63,413 bases of DNA, filler included, from Aduncisulcus paluster (GCA_024181965.1; 35 parts of 35 records of this genome joined end to end with filler, not necessarily neighbours in it); one strand, 5' to 3'. Shown: positions 24,322 to 36,911, counted from the whole stretch's first letter. A program made the numbers and translations. The notes: generated by a model from the sequence alone, not told the origin.

Positions 24322-26786
24322 TCAAAAGAAACTATATGGCCTCTGTGAACCCGAATATCTCCTCTCACAAGCTCTTCCGTACCATCCTTCCTTGCATTTA
24401 CAAGCTCTGGACCCATCACTGATCGTGGCACATCCATACGAAGATTCAGTTTCACACAAACAAATGTCACGATCACAGAACATTCCACCCCAACCTACCT
24501 TACACGAACAGTAGAAGGGAGGCTCATTCTTGGAGGAATCACCAGCAATACACGAACCATGGTCGAAACATTCGGAGTCATGTCCATACTCACCGTATCC
24601 AATGGCACACATGTTCCACTGACATGCATCTCCACTGAATCCCCATGCACACAGACACGAGTGAGTGAGAGGGTTGCATACACCAAGACCTGAACAGAGA
24701 ACGTCACTTGAAGGGTGTGATAGACATTCATGGGTACAAGCATCTCCATACCAAATGTATTGTGGATTCGTGCCATCTTCATCACTTGTGTCCACCACAC
24801 ATTCACATTCACCTGTAGCTGTGTCACACTCACCATGCCCACCACACAAAACTCCATCCGAAGAAATTGGGCAAATATTCGCATCACAATACGAACCGTT
24901 CCAACCATGTTCGCATGAACAAGAAGCAACCATGGTCTCCTCATTCAACTCACAAACACCATGGCTCGAATCAGAGGTGCCACATTCAGAGCATGCTGTA
25001 TCATTTCCAGGTATATCACGATAATCTGGGTGTGTTGCAGGATCAATGCATGTCCCAGAAGACGAACTCAGAGCAAGGCCATGTGGAGCACATTCACATG
25101 TGGATGATGATTCATTCGCATATGCAGAATAGCTTGCGGTTGTGGGATCAGAACTATCGGAATAAGAATAGTCTCTACCACAAGGATAGTCCTCAGCATC
25201 TCCATCAGAAGATACAAATACATCGGTGGGAATTGTTGAGAAACATGATGATCCATACCATCCTGAGGAACATTCACATACAATAGCTTCAGAAGACACA
25301 GAAGAAGGATCAGAAGAGGATGGATCAAGGAAGGATCCAACAGAACATGTTCCATTCCCCTCACAAGAATCTTCGTCAGAACAACTCAATTGGCATGCTG
25401 ACCCATAATACCCTGATTCACACACACATGTATGGGTGGCAGCATCACATGTTCCACGAGAAGATCCACTGCACAAACCAAGATCGTCAGAAACAGGACA
25501 AAGGGACGCACAATCAGTTCCATACCATCCATCTGAACACTCACAGAATAGTGGGGAGGATTCATCACCAGAGTCAAAGTCAGCATCATACACACATGTA
25601 CCACGCTCACCACCACAGTTGGAGCATGCAGAAGAAGAAGAAGAAGCTAACACACATTCACCAGAGGATATGTCTTCATAGTATCCTGACCCACAGATGC
25701 ATGCCAACTCAGTGTCATCCACATCATCCACAGAGTAATCAACTCCACACACACGATGATCTTCCAGATATGAACATGATGAAGAAGAGGAAGATGATGA
25801 AGAAGAGTCAGATCCACATGCAGACGTCGTATCCTGGGAAACAAGTCCGGACGGGTCAGAACCATCCACATCTCCGAACACAATTTCAACACCATCTTCT
25901 GACAAATCCCGTTCACACAGTTCATCAAGGGTTTCGAAACACTCAGACACAGTCGACCCACAATCAAGTCTATTGTCACTCACATCAACATATGCGACAT
26001 TCCCAAGACCATCAATGGCTTGTTGCAACAGAGCAAGGTCAGAGATGGAGTTGTCACTCAGAGTCAGATGTGTCACACCAGAGAGACCAGGCTGCAGTGA
26101 AACGATGGTAGGGTCAGAGATGCCATTGGAGGACAGATCAAGATGTGTCAGAGTGGATGACAATGGATACACTTTCGTCCCATCAGAAGAAGAGGCATCA
26201 TCATAACTGTCGACACACTGACCACTGCACATGGCAATGTTGTTCAGCAAAGAAGTGAATGATGACAGGTCGGAACCAATGGAATCATCACTCCCACTGA
26301 TCTCCAAGGAACGCAACGAACACAGACCAACACAGTACGATTCAGACGTTCCATTCCAGCGTGAAGTGTCAGACTCAAGATCCATCTTCAGAGCACCGAC
26401 AGCATCCGTCAATGTGCTCAGAAGTGATACATCCATATTTTCAAGGGAATCGAGCTCAAGCACATACAACGAGGATAAGGATGCAATGGGTGATAGATCA
26501 GAGATGAGAGTGTTCCCAGGCTCAAACGAAAGGATTTCAAGGTGCTCGGCATCTTCAAGCCCTGAGAGGGAAGCCACGGTGGTTGGGATGGTGAGAGATG
26601 TGATGGTGGAGAGATCATCCACAGTCAGTGAGGAGAGAATGTTTTCAGCAGCAGAAGAAGAACATAACGATTGAACAGCTGCATCATCAACATACATGGA
26701 TTCACATATAGCTTCAACGAGGGCAACATCCATCCCAAGAGAAGACAGTAGTGTCACTCCACTCTCAATCTCACACAGGTCACCAG
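24322..26786 (-). CDS. LRR + tenascin/laminin-type EGF-repeat surface protein (5'-partial)
   Basis: N-terminal LRRs followed by ~10 CxCxxGWxGxxC repeats. Confidence 0.88.
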
Positions 26787-27589
26787 NNNNNNNNNNNNNN
26801 NNNNNNNNNNNNNNNNNNNNNNNNNNNNNNTTAATTAATTAANNNNNNNNNNNNNNNNNNNNNNNNNNNNNNNNNNNNNNNNNNNNTCTATAAATGGAGA
26901 TTACATATGATACACTTGTTGATACTCGATATTATGCAATAAATTCATTCTGAAATGGGATGATCAGTATAGAACGAAATCTTGGATATTAATCAAGAAG
27001 TCGAGTGGATTCATGAATTGTGAATGCAGCTTTACATGACTGCATGGACTCAACATTTCCACTATGTTGCCAAATTCGGGAGATATGAAGAGATTTCGTG
27101 TCATGCGTGTAATTCAAACACTAGCAATGGATATATGCTTTCAATGTAAATAATAATAAACATTTATCATTTGATTGTCCAATATTATCTTCAATTTGTA
27201 TTAAGCTAACTTTGCAACTTCAATATCCCGTTCTTGGTGCTTTACAGACCTTCACAGTATTTATAGTATGTCAAAGTAGCACATTTAATGAGCAGAAAAT
27301 TCTATTTTATGCATCACTGTTCAATATTATTTACATGTTATGTTCTTTTCTTCCTGTTGTCTCGTTCTCCTTGAAATTACCATATTTTTCGCTTCTTTTA
27401 TTTATTATCGTGATTGTTATTATTTTAACCTTACACTAAATGTTTTCTCATAAGTACTCTTTCCATTGCTGATCTAGAAACACAATGGATCCAATATCGA
27501 GCTCAGAAAGTGCATCAGTATGTTTCAAATGACAAATTTCTTTATTTAAATGCAATGTATTTTCTAAATTTTGTAATGATTTCATCCAG

Positions 27590-28053
27590 ATCATCACCAT
27601 CACTCCAAAATTCATTCATGAAGGGTCATCTTCTTGTATACCAATTCCTCGCGATGATCCGTTAATTATTGAACCAGACTTTGATTGTATTGAAGCGAGG
27701 AATCTTACATATGATGAACATTCTCATATGTATGACCAGAGTTTCTCAGCACGAAAAATGTTGGAACAAGACTATGGTGGATGGTTTACCCATGTTTTCA
27801 TTCCCTTCTTTCCATCCAATAGAATGAAAGGTGCATATATTTCAATCATGGAATCGAATTTATTTTACTCTCCTCCATCACATCTTTTTTTCACTTTCAA
27901 AGCGTCAAATGGCAAAATAATAACCTCAAAGAAATTTAAATTCCCAGAATTAACACATAAAACGTGGTACTATCTCCCTATTGATCTCTTTGATGTGAGT
28001 ATGTGTGTGATTGAAGGGAAAGGACGAAGAGCTGGAAAGGAAGATTTTATTTT
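27590..28053 (+). CDS. Lineage-specific 'PIPRDDP' domain protein (partial)
   Basis: PIPRDDP..YDQS..A.KML..MKGAYI..FTF..W..LPI.L..V..C.IEGKG, homologous to 32525-33191. Confidence 0.7.
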
Positions 28054-28153
28054 NNNNNNNNNNNNNNNNNNNNNNNNNNNNNNNNNNNNNNNNNNNNTTA
28101 ATTAATTAANNNNNNNNNNNNNNNNNNNNNNNNNNNNNNNNNNNNNNNNNNNN

Positions 28154-28546
28154 TTCAGCCAGCTTTTCATCATAGTCACTGTAAGCTCCTAATGTTCCGG
28201 CAATTATGACCTTCTTGCCCTGCTTCTGCTGATGGATCAGCCAATTAAGGAACTCGTCAGGATTATTCATCATGTCAGCGGAAAAAGAGGTGAAGACCGC
28301 CCGGTATTCTTCCATGGCTTTGTCAGAAGGCAAAGGACGCTGCGCAACATCACGCACCTCGTACAAGAAACCGAGGTAGTTAAGGGGGGCGGCAAAGCCT
28401 TCAATAAAATTATTATCCACTGCGGTGCGGTCTTCCGCTCCGTTATAGAGCACCAAGACCTTACGCTTGACCGGCTCGGCATAAGCGCAGGACAAAGCAA
28501 GGATGACAATCAAGAGTGCAACAATAAGCCTATTCAGCAACTGCAT
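28154..28546 (-). CDS. Bacterial PelA-like / polysaccharide deacetylase-associated secreted protein N-terminus
   Basis: Signal peptide, RKVLVLY, PLNYLG, GAGGTG RBS; operonic overlap with the upstream gene. Confidence 0.6.
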
Positions 28547-29486
28547 GAATAAACACCTCATTTAATGCCGGAGTGCTGACATAAGGAATAAAACCAAGAC
28601 TTCGAGAAAAATCGTAAGCTTTGCTGATTTCCTGTCTCTCTCCAGCAGGAACGTAATCAAGGGTCAATACCACCAGTTTGGGGTTGGCTTTCAAAGCGGA
28701 ATTCGCCTTGGCAATAAGAAAACTACGATCTGCTTCCGGAACATCTTTACGAGTGGAAGTTGCCAAGTCCATGGAGCTGCTCAACCCTTCAATCAACAGG
28801 TAATTGATATACGGAGCTGTCCGCCGCACAATTTCAAATCCCCTGTTCTGGCAAAGAAGCATCTTAGGAAATTTTTCCCTGATTGCACGGACCAAAGCAA
28901 CGCAAGAACGTTCAGTTCCCTTGTAGGTCTCGGGGTCGCGTCGCTGCATATCAATCGGGGAATCAAGCGTATCAAAAAAAAGCCCGTCATATCCGGCCGA
29001 AAGGACATCGGGGATAATTCGGGCAAAAAGCAATTCGCTCCATTCCGGACGGCGCACATCCACCACCCATGAATCCCAATTCTCATTATATCTTACAAGC
29101 AGATTAAGATGCCTGGCTTCCTCGTAATAAGGTCCGTTAGCCGCAACCTCACCAAGGCTGACATAAGCCAAAACCTTTACCCCTTTTGCGCGTAAAGGGG
29201 TTGGGTCCTGTCCTTCGGGATCAGAGACCAGTAGATCAAAACCGGACAGTTCATCCGTCCGGTCCTCACTTCCGTAATAACAGGCCCACGATTCGACATC
29301 ATGACTCTTGCCAAAGACGAAAGTCCTGCCGAAAAACGAAAAAGTAATCACAAGCAGCGCGACTATTGCGCAGAAACGGAAGACATTGCTTCTACCATTT
29401 CCGCAAGGGTTTCCTGCGCTACACTGTTCAGGGATTCCGTACATCCGAAAAAGCACCCCCCACTCTTGGAAGAAGATGAAGCCCAA
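28530..29486 (-). CDS. Bacterial endo-alpha-1,4-polygalactosaminidase-like glycoside hydrolase (GH114/GH166, PelA-hydrolase-like); true start probably ~29350
   Basis: LAYVSLGE, NENWDSWVVD, GYDGLFFDTLDS, QNRGFE, TLDY. Confidence 0.85.
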   Translation of the reverse strand: MGFIFFQEWGVLFRMYGIPEQCSAGNPCGNGRSNVFRFCAIVALLVITFSFFGRTFVFGKSHDVESWACYYGSEDRTDELSGFDLLVSDPEGQDPTPLRAKGVKVLAYVSLGEVAANGPYYEEARHLNLLVRYNENWDSWVVDVRRPEWSELLFARIIPDVLSAGYDGLFFDTLDSPIDMQRRDPETYKGTERSCVALVRAIREKFPKMLLCQNRGFEIVRRTAPYINYLLIEGLSSSMDLATSTRKDVPEADRSFLIAKANSALKANPKLVVLTLDYVPAGERQEISKAYDFSRSLGFIPYVSTPALNEVFIHAVAE

Positions 29487-29593
29487 AGCACATTACCGGA
29501 AGAAACATCAATCATGCGCAGGTTGATACCTACTGAAGGACTCTGGTTAACACCGCGCTTATATTGGTACTCGGTAACAGAACCATAAATAAC
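29363..29593 (-). CDS. Bacterial PelC-like lipoprotein C-terminus (missing from ORF track)
   Basis: Translated manually: VIYGSVTEYQYKRGVNQSPSVGINLRMIDVSSGNVLWASSSSKSG...ESLNSVAQ...*. Confidence 0.7.
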   Translation of the reverse strand, partial: VIYGSVTEYQYKRGVNQSPSVGINLRMIDVSSGNVLWASSSSKSGGCFFGCTESLNSVAQETLAEMVEAMSSVSAQ

Positions 29594-30673
29594 CNNNNNN
29601 NNNNNNNNNNNNNNNNNNNNNNNNNNNNNNNNNNNNNNTTAATTAATTAANNNNNNNNNNNNNNNNNNNNNNNNNNNNNNNNNNNNNNNNNNNNTAATAT
29701 TGGTATAAATAAAACACAATTAAACTATAAACCGATATTATATACTTTTGGTATATAACATCCTGCTCTTCCTAAAATAGAGCCTCTCACCCTAAGAAAG
29801 CCTTAATTATTGCGCATAACAAATATTGTTACTTTGTTCAAATTTCATTAAAATTAATATGAATTTTTGTGCAATAGTTTAATATTATTCCATCTTAATA
29901 CGGCTCATTATTGCTCTATTATTCAAGATTTTGTTGAAATAAATTAATAAATTATTTCATATATATTTTTTTTATAAAATTCTATTTTTAGGTATTTTTT
30001 TTCTTTTGACTTGGAGTTCATTAATTTTTCCAAGTTTCCAGGTATACTTTTGAATTCAACAAGATTGTCGATTTAATACGTTTTTTTATCGTAAAAACTG
30101 AAATTTTTTGGTCCCAACCTCTTCTTGGCCTTTCAAAGTATTCTTTTCCCTGCCTCACCATGAATTAATAAAAATTTTGGAACTTTCTTTTATGCAAAAA
30201 TGTTTTCTAGCAATATCATGAATAATATTGTTTTTATAGCGAAATCTGTCGAGTATTTCTCTCGATATGAAAAAAATTTCTTGTTATTCGGAAGTTTTCA
30301 TAATAAGGAACAAAATAAAAGAAAATATATTCTTTTGAATCATTTTTATAAAAGATTTGTTCAAGAAAACCTTAATAAATCGATAATATTCTCGAAACCT
30401 AAATTTTTCGAGTTTTGCTTGATTTCCCTCTGTATATGGCGTAAAAATCGATAAAAATCGTCGTATGTTTTGTAATTTTTCTCATTCTTTCGACTTATTA
30501 TCATTATATTAATATTATTTTCCTATTTCCATTTTCTGATTTTGCTTTGTGGTAGGTCAGATTCCCCATAAGTAAATTGTATCACATTACCCCTAGGAAG
30601 GTATACCACAATTTAATTAAATTGCGATAAGATACTATCTACCTTTATTTTTGCTACCTATTACTAAGCCATT

Positions 30674-30997
30674 ATGAGCCCCAAGGGAATCAAAAGCGCC
30701 AAAACCGCCAAAGCCGTTGCTCCATCAAAAGATGGGTCAGAAAAAGTAATTTTGATTACGAAAAAGATCAAACAAAAGTTCGTTACTCCTAAAAGTGTTG
30801 AAGAAAAGTTTGATTCTGCACCTGTTGAAATCGACAAATTTGACACTGTCGAATCTGCACCAATCGCTCCAAAGGACTCCAAAGATGAAGATACCGAAGA
30901 GCCCCGCACCAACAGTGATGTGCAAGAAGTCCTGAAATGCTCTGAAGATGAAGAAGTTGAAATCGGGTCTGCACCCCAAAAGACTGTCTCCCCAACG
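30674..30997 (+). CDS. Orphan Lys/Glu-rich low-complexity protein (3'-partial)
   Basis: ATG after a long AT-rich region, coding-like composition. Confidence 0.5.
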
Positions 30998-31097
30998 NNN
31001 NNNNNNNNNNNNNNNNNNNNNNNNNNNNNNNNNNNNNNNNNTTAATTAATTAANNNNNNNNNNNNNNNNNNNNNNNNNNNNNNNNNNNNNNNNNNNN

Positions 31098-31519
31098 ACA
31101 ATAATGTCCTCATTTAGGGGATCTTCCGGGTCCACAGTATCAAGTAGTTGATGTAGGCGCTGTACAAAAAAACTGACAGAACGTTCGTCCGCCTTGCGGA
31201 GTTTTAAACGTTGTAATTCATATAATACGTCCAACGCGGATTTTTTTCCATAAAAATCCGATATTTTTTTCAAGAAAACCTTCTCGGTAGCGACAGGAAG
31301 TCCATCATCAGCAGGATTTGGAATAGCTGGGTTCACAAGTTGACATTTCCCGATACTCTCGTAGATCTTCCGGATTGGTGCTGTAATACACACAAATAGG
31401 GCAGCTTTTCCATTCAGAGCTCGGTATCTACGAAATTTTTCAAGAAATGACCGGAAGGCTGCTTCTCCGTATTTTGCCAATAAAGGCACTCGAAAAAGGT
31501 CAGTTTCAGGGCTTATCAT
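31098..31519 (-). mobile_element. Gypsy gag N-terminus
   Basis: PLLAKYG..F..F...YRALNGK..LF shared with the gag at 43592-44714, which carries CCHC and protease. Confidence 0.8.
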
Positions 31520-31542
31520 CTACCTTTGTTTTTGATCAAAAA

Positions 31543-31612
31543 TGTTGCGGTAGCAAATTTACTAAAAAGAAATCTTCTATGTGTATTCTATTTTTAGAAC
31601 TGGGCCATAACA
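31543..31612 (-). mobile_element. 70-bp 5' LTR (TGTTATGG...CCGCAACA) nested in another element's RT
   Basis: Imperfect terminal inverted repeat, AGTAAAT, bounded by RT coding sequence on one side and palindrome+gag on the other. Confidence 0.75.
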
Positions 31613-32424
31613 ACGTGAAGGGCTTGCTGGAGGAAGGCCTAATCGCCGAGTCAGACTCTCCTTGGTCGGCTCCAGCCTTACTAACCGATAAAAAGGGCAA
31701 CGACACACGACTGTGTGTGGATTACTCTGCTCTCAACAGGAATACACTTCCGTTGCCTTTTCCAATCCCAATGATTGCAAAGATGCTGACTCGACTGGGA
31801 GGCAAAAAGTGGTATGCCACTCTAGATCTCCGCTCGGGATTCCACCAAATTAATATAAAGGAGGATTCGACAAAATACACAGCATTCACAACACCATCTG
31901 GGCATTATGAGTACAGGAGACTTCCATTCGGACTCAAGAATGCACCAACCCATTTCCAGGGCCAGATGTCCAGGGCATTCAGAGGTCTTATTCCAGAGGT
32001 CTGTGAGATCTATATTGACGACATCATCATCGCCGCAAACAGCCTGGAACAATTGGTAGAGAAGTTACGACAAGTTTTCGACAGACTAAACAACCTCAAT
32101 CTCCGCCTCAAGGCGAAGAAGTGTGTCATAGGTGCGAAGAAAATAGAATATCTGGGGATGGAACTAAGCGAAAAAGGACAGACTATTGCTGAGTCCAGAC
32201 TTCAGGGAATCAGAGATTTAAAACACCCCACAAACAAGAAACAATTGAAGACTTTACTGGGGTTCTTGGGATACTTTAGGCAGTTCATACGGAACTACGC
32301 CACAATCGCGTCACCGCTTATCGAGATGACAGCAAAACAGAAGAGCTTCGTGTGGAAGGAACCACAGGAGGGAGCCTTCAAGAAACTCAAGGAATTACTC
32401 CTGAAAAGACCAGTACTAACTCAC
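31613..32424 (+). mobile_element. Ty3/Gypsy reverse transcriptase (partial)
   Basis: SPWSAP, RLCVDY, LDLRSGFHQ, LPFGLKNAP, YIDD. Confidence 0.95.
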
Positions 32425-32524
32425 NNNNNNNNNNNNNNNNNNNNNNNNNNNNNNNNNNNNNNNNNNNNTTAATTAATTAANNNNNNNNNNNNNNNNNNNN
32501 NNNNNNNNNNNNNNNNNNNNNNNN

Positions 32525-33191
32525 TGAGATTGAAGGGAAAGGAAGAGATGAATTGTTTTTTGAAATCGAATCCCTTGTGTTCATTAGAGATGAAACTCCT
32601 GAAGAAATCAAAGCTCGTGAAGACAGAAAGAAAATATGGTCTACTCAAATTGTGAAACCAGAGTTTGTTAAAGAAGGAGATGAAGAATCTAAAGGTAGAA
32701 AATCTCTTCCTATTCCACGAGATGATCCAAAGCTTGTAGATCCTTTATTCTCAATGGTTAAGTGTAAAGATGATGCGTTTTGTAAGGAATCTGTGTATTA
32801 TGATCAGAGTTCAGATGCACAAAGAATGTTAAAAGGGGAATGTGATGTATGGTTATCCCATCTTTCTATCCCTTTCCCATCACCTAGTCATATGAAAGGT
32901 GCTTATATATGTGTTCATAAGGGTCATAGTTCACCCTCTCTTCTCTTCACTTTCACTGATTGTGATGGTAAGAAGATAAACAAAAAGTATGAATTCACAC
33001 AACCTGAACATAAATATGAATGGCACTTCCTTCCTATTGAATTGTATAATGTTGTATCGTGTGAGATTGAAGGGAAAGGGATGTGGAAAGAGAAGAATAG
33101 TCGATATTTTTGGATCAACTCCCTTGTATTTACTCCCGTTCCAGAAGAAACCATTGCAGCTGAACGATTATCGCTATTTCCATGGAAATAA
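32525..33191 (+). CDS. Tandem 'PIPRDDP' domain protein C-terminus
   Basis: End of one repeat (EIEGKG..FEIESLVF) followed by a full repeat. Confidence 0.75.
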
Positions 33192-34080
33192 TGCAAGGAT
33201 AGTGATATTGTTTTCCAAAGGGGAAATGATTCTTTTGTTCCCTTGAATATCTTCTCAGGATAATACTCTTCCCAATTTCTGATTATTCGCTTTTGCATCG
33301 AAGATGAAGAAAGGCATCTCCATGTTGGCTTGAAATCTCAACACGACGCTAATAAGAGATCTCTCTTAGCGAGACTCGCTAGATCCGATCTAGAATGATA
33401 TGATAGGCTATGATCGAGAGAAAAGTAATATTTTTACTCGAAATAAAGGGAACAGTAAGTATGGAAACAAATTATCAGTGGAAAGCAACGAAAAGGATGA
33501 TCCTTGAAGGATCAAAAGTAAAGAATGGAGAGAAATGAAATGATACAGCGAAAATAATGTTTTGATGAACCTCAACAACTTGTTAGACACTGTTTAACAC
33601 CTCCAACAGATCTAGTATAGTAAACAACGCGGCGTTTCCCACTGGGAAATTCCCAAGGATTGATGGGAGACTCCATCTGAGATATAAGAATATAAATGAC
33701 GACTCACAATTTATAACATGTTTTTGGGTGGGCTTGGAGCCGGTATAGTAGCATAATACAGGCCTGACCAGAGTCGTTTTGTTTTTCTACCCAAAAAGTA
33801 AATATATCCGCCACTTAAAACATTTTATCTCATTCAATACATTTTGTTATCAAAGTATTATTTATAAATGATCANNNNNNNNNNNNNNNNNNNNNNNNNN
33901 NNNNNNNNNNNNNNNNNNTTAATTAATTAANNNNNNNNNNNNNNNNNNNNNNNNNNNNNNNNNNNNNNNNNNNNCCAAGAATGAGATAAACACTTGAGGG
34001 AAGTATTTATAATAATTTCTCTTGAGCAACAAATGGATTTGTTTTGCAAAATTTGTTTTGACACAATTAAAATCATTAAA

Positions 34081-35312
34081 ATGTTTAAAACAAATAATTT
34101 TAATCCCCCTTGGTCCAGAACTATTGCTGGTTATAATAATTCCAGCCATTCTAAGACCAAGTTGAGATTCACTTCTGCTTGCCTCAGCCCCATTGCTTCC
34201 CTGCACATTATTTGGGTATTATTCGCCATTATGCTTGTCCTTCCCATTTATGGTTCCTCTGATGTCATTCCAGATTCTTTCCTCCTGAATGACGTCTGCC
34301 TTGCCCTTGACCATGGAGCTCATTGTGACGACCTGACTTCTGACGACCTCCAAGATCTGACCTCCCTGAACACGTACTTTGTTGACTCCTTCGCTGGGCT
34401 TGGTGGTGCGACGAACCTCACGACGCTGTATGTGAGCAACACGGACTCTGTGTCCAAACAGATGGGCACCAGTGACATCGAGCAGCTTCCCACGAGTCTT
34501 GAGACGCTGACGCTGAATAACATCGACATTGCGCCGAACACGGATTTCTCGCGTCTGACGTCTCTGCGTGCATTGTACTTGACCGTTGGTGACGTTTCTT
34601 CTGGCGACTACTGGGCAACTCAGCTGTCCTCCTTGAGTCCTCTGTTCGACTCTGACAATCACTATGATGTCACTGTGCAAGGCATGTTCCCAGCCTCACT
34701 CACCACGCTTTCCGTTGCTGGACGCACGAGTGTCACGTTCCCCGCCTTCTTCACGAGTCTCGTCCTGTCCGATGGGTCTGCACTCCCGGCGTTGACGACG
34801 TTGGATCTGAGTGGCACCAATGTGGTCGACCTCTCACCTTTGCCTTCGACTGTAATATCTTTGAACATTAAACAGAAATATATTGATGGAAATAATACAC
34901 TATATCATGAAACATATAATACCCGAGACTTCAACTCCATTCCATCCACTGTGACTGAGCTTATCATAGGATTCATGGCTTATACATATCTAGATTTTCT
35001 TGACAACCTTCCGAACCTTATTCATCTTGAAATCTCAAGTTGTACTGTTTATCTTTCCAAGCTCATTCAAGTCAAAGATACACTGGAGTATCTTAGTTTC
35101 CGGGATGTTTTGATAATGACAGATTTTTCTATCTTGGGTGAACTTCAACACCTCAAGTATTTGGAACTTTATGATGTTGAATCATATAGTCCTGATTGTC
35201 CTGATCTTTCATCCCTTTCAAGTTTATCACATTTGATTCTTCATAGATTCTATCCAGATTATGGAGAATGGGAAATATCTTGGCTCTCTGCCTTAACTCA
35301 GTTAGAATATTT
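34081..35312 (+). CDS. LRR surface protein with N-terminal hydrophobic segment (3'-partial)
   Basis: IIWVLFAIMLVLPIYG followed by irregular LRRs. Confidence 0.8.
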
Positions 35313-35413
35313 NNNNNNNNNNNNNNNNNNNNNNNNNNNNNNNNNNNNNNNNNNNNTTAATTAATTAANNNNNNNNNNNNNNNNNNNNNNNNNNNNNNNN
35401 NNNNNNNNNNNNT

Positions 35414-36737
35414 GATATCTTCGGGAATCTGTACATCTCGCCAGCCCAGAGCTTTGTTGATGACAGTGATTCGTGGGCGTCGTATGATTCGCGTCTGACG
35501 ATGTCATACAACTCGATCAGCACGAAAGGGTTCCGTCGTGGAATTGTGATCTTTATCGATACGTTTGCCGATTCTGCTCTCGCGGAAGTGATCGAGGACA
35601 CCGACGATGGTGCCTATGTTCTGCAACTCATGGGTCGTCTCGTTGACCGTCTCGTGTCGACCTTCGGAGACAACGATTATGTGAGCATTGTGAGTTCTGA
35701 TGGAGTGTATGATGGCCATCCTCTTATCGTTGATGACTCGATGTCCGACTACAAGGGTCTCGGGAACACTCACAAGGAGACGTTGAATGCCATTCGTGAC
35801 AACTTGGACTCATACTTCTCGGACACCGTATCTGTCGAGGTTGTTCCAAACAACTTGATCAATGACAAGCGTGAGGAAAAACTTCTCCTGTCCATGCTTC
35901 TTTTGAACAACTCTGTCGATACATCCGTTAGCCTTGAAACGATCCTAGAAGAGCGTCTTGCCAATAACTTTGGGTTCTCCGCCACCCAAGCTGCTCTCTC
36001 CGACAGCACACATCCACTCCCGAATGGATCTCCTCTCTATCTGTTCCACGTGTCCCTTGGTGCCTTCACTGCCTCCCACACGACTCTGCTGAATAACCTT
36101 TTGTATGGGAAGTCTGAATACGATGGCAAGAAGTTCCAGGGCATCGGGATTGGAATCACGCCATTCTTGTTCCGTTTGAACACTGAGACATTGCTGTCCT
36201 CCTCCAGCACGACTCGTGTGCACAGCATGAGTGAGGAGAATGCCCGTGAAAGTCTGTGTGTTAATGAGGGTTTCTACACTTCCATTGATGTGCTTTACTA
36301 TATCGACAACATTGCCATGGATGCGTCGACGCTTCCTTCCGAGAGCATTTCATCGCTGTTCATCTCGAATGATGCCGTTGAGCAGGTCCATGAGGCTGTG
36401 TTCGAAGCCCAAGGCTTTTGCATCAACCATGCCCACTCCATGATGCGCTATTACGTCTCTCGTTTCATGGATGTCCCAGAGTCTGACTTGACTGCTGAGA
36501 GCATTGTCGACTCGACCCCCGTCACGATGCGCATGCACTGGGATCCCATCCTTGAGGAGCAAGTGTTTGAGTTCGGTATTGCGGCCTTCTCATCTTTTGC
36601 AGGTATCGAGAGTGTTGTGAGCGTATATGTGAGTGGAAACTGGGTGAACGATCAGATCTTTGACTGGGACTCCTCGAACTTCAACACAGACATGTCATAC
36701 TCCTTCCTGCTGTCAAAGGATGGAAGCATTTTGTTCC
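35414..36737 (+). CDS. VWA_N/VWA/Cache (calcium-channel alpha2delta-like) extracellular protein fragment
   Basis: YDSRL..Y....RGIVIFID, LVSTFGDNDYVSIV, later YSFLLSKDGSILF (Cache-like). Confidence 0.6.
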
Positions 36738-36911
36738 NNNNNNNNNNNNNNNNNNNNNNNNNNNNNNNNNNNNNNNNNNNNTTAATTAATTAANNNNNNN
36801 NNNNNNNNNNNNNNNNNNNNNNNNNNNNNNNNNNNNNAATCAAAACTCCGCGAGAGAATAGATTATTCATCTCAAGAAACAAGAACTCGAAATTTTTCAT
36901 TAAAACTATTT

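Noticed and set aside
25320-26111. His/Gln-rich 263-aa ORF and similar antisense ORFs (42809-43543, 62762-63250)
   Set aside because: Shadow frames opposite real coding sequences
31447-31612. Novel N-terminal extension on RT / bidirectional gag-pol element
   Set aside because: The ORF reads through the antisense LTR of a nested insertion; real RT homology begins at ~31613
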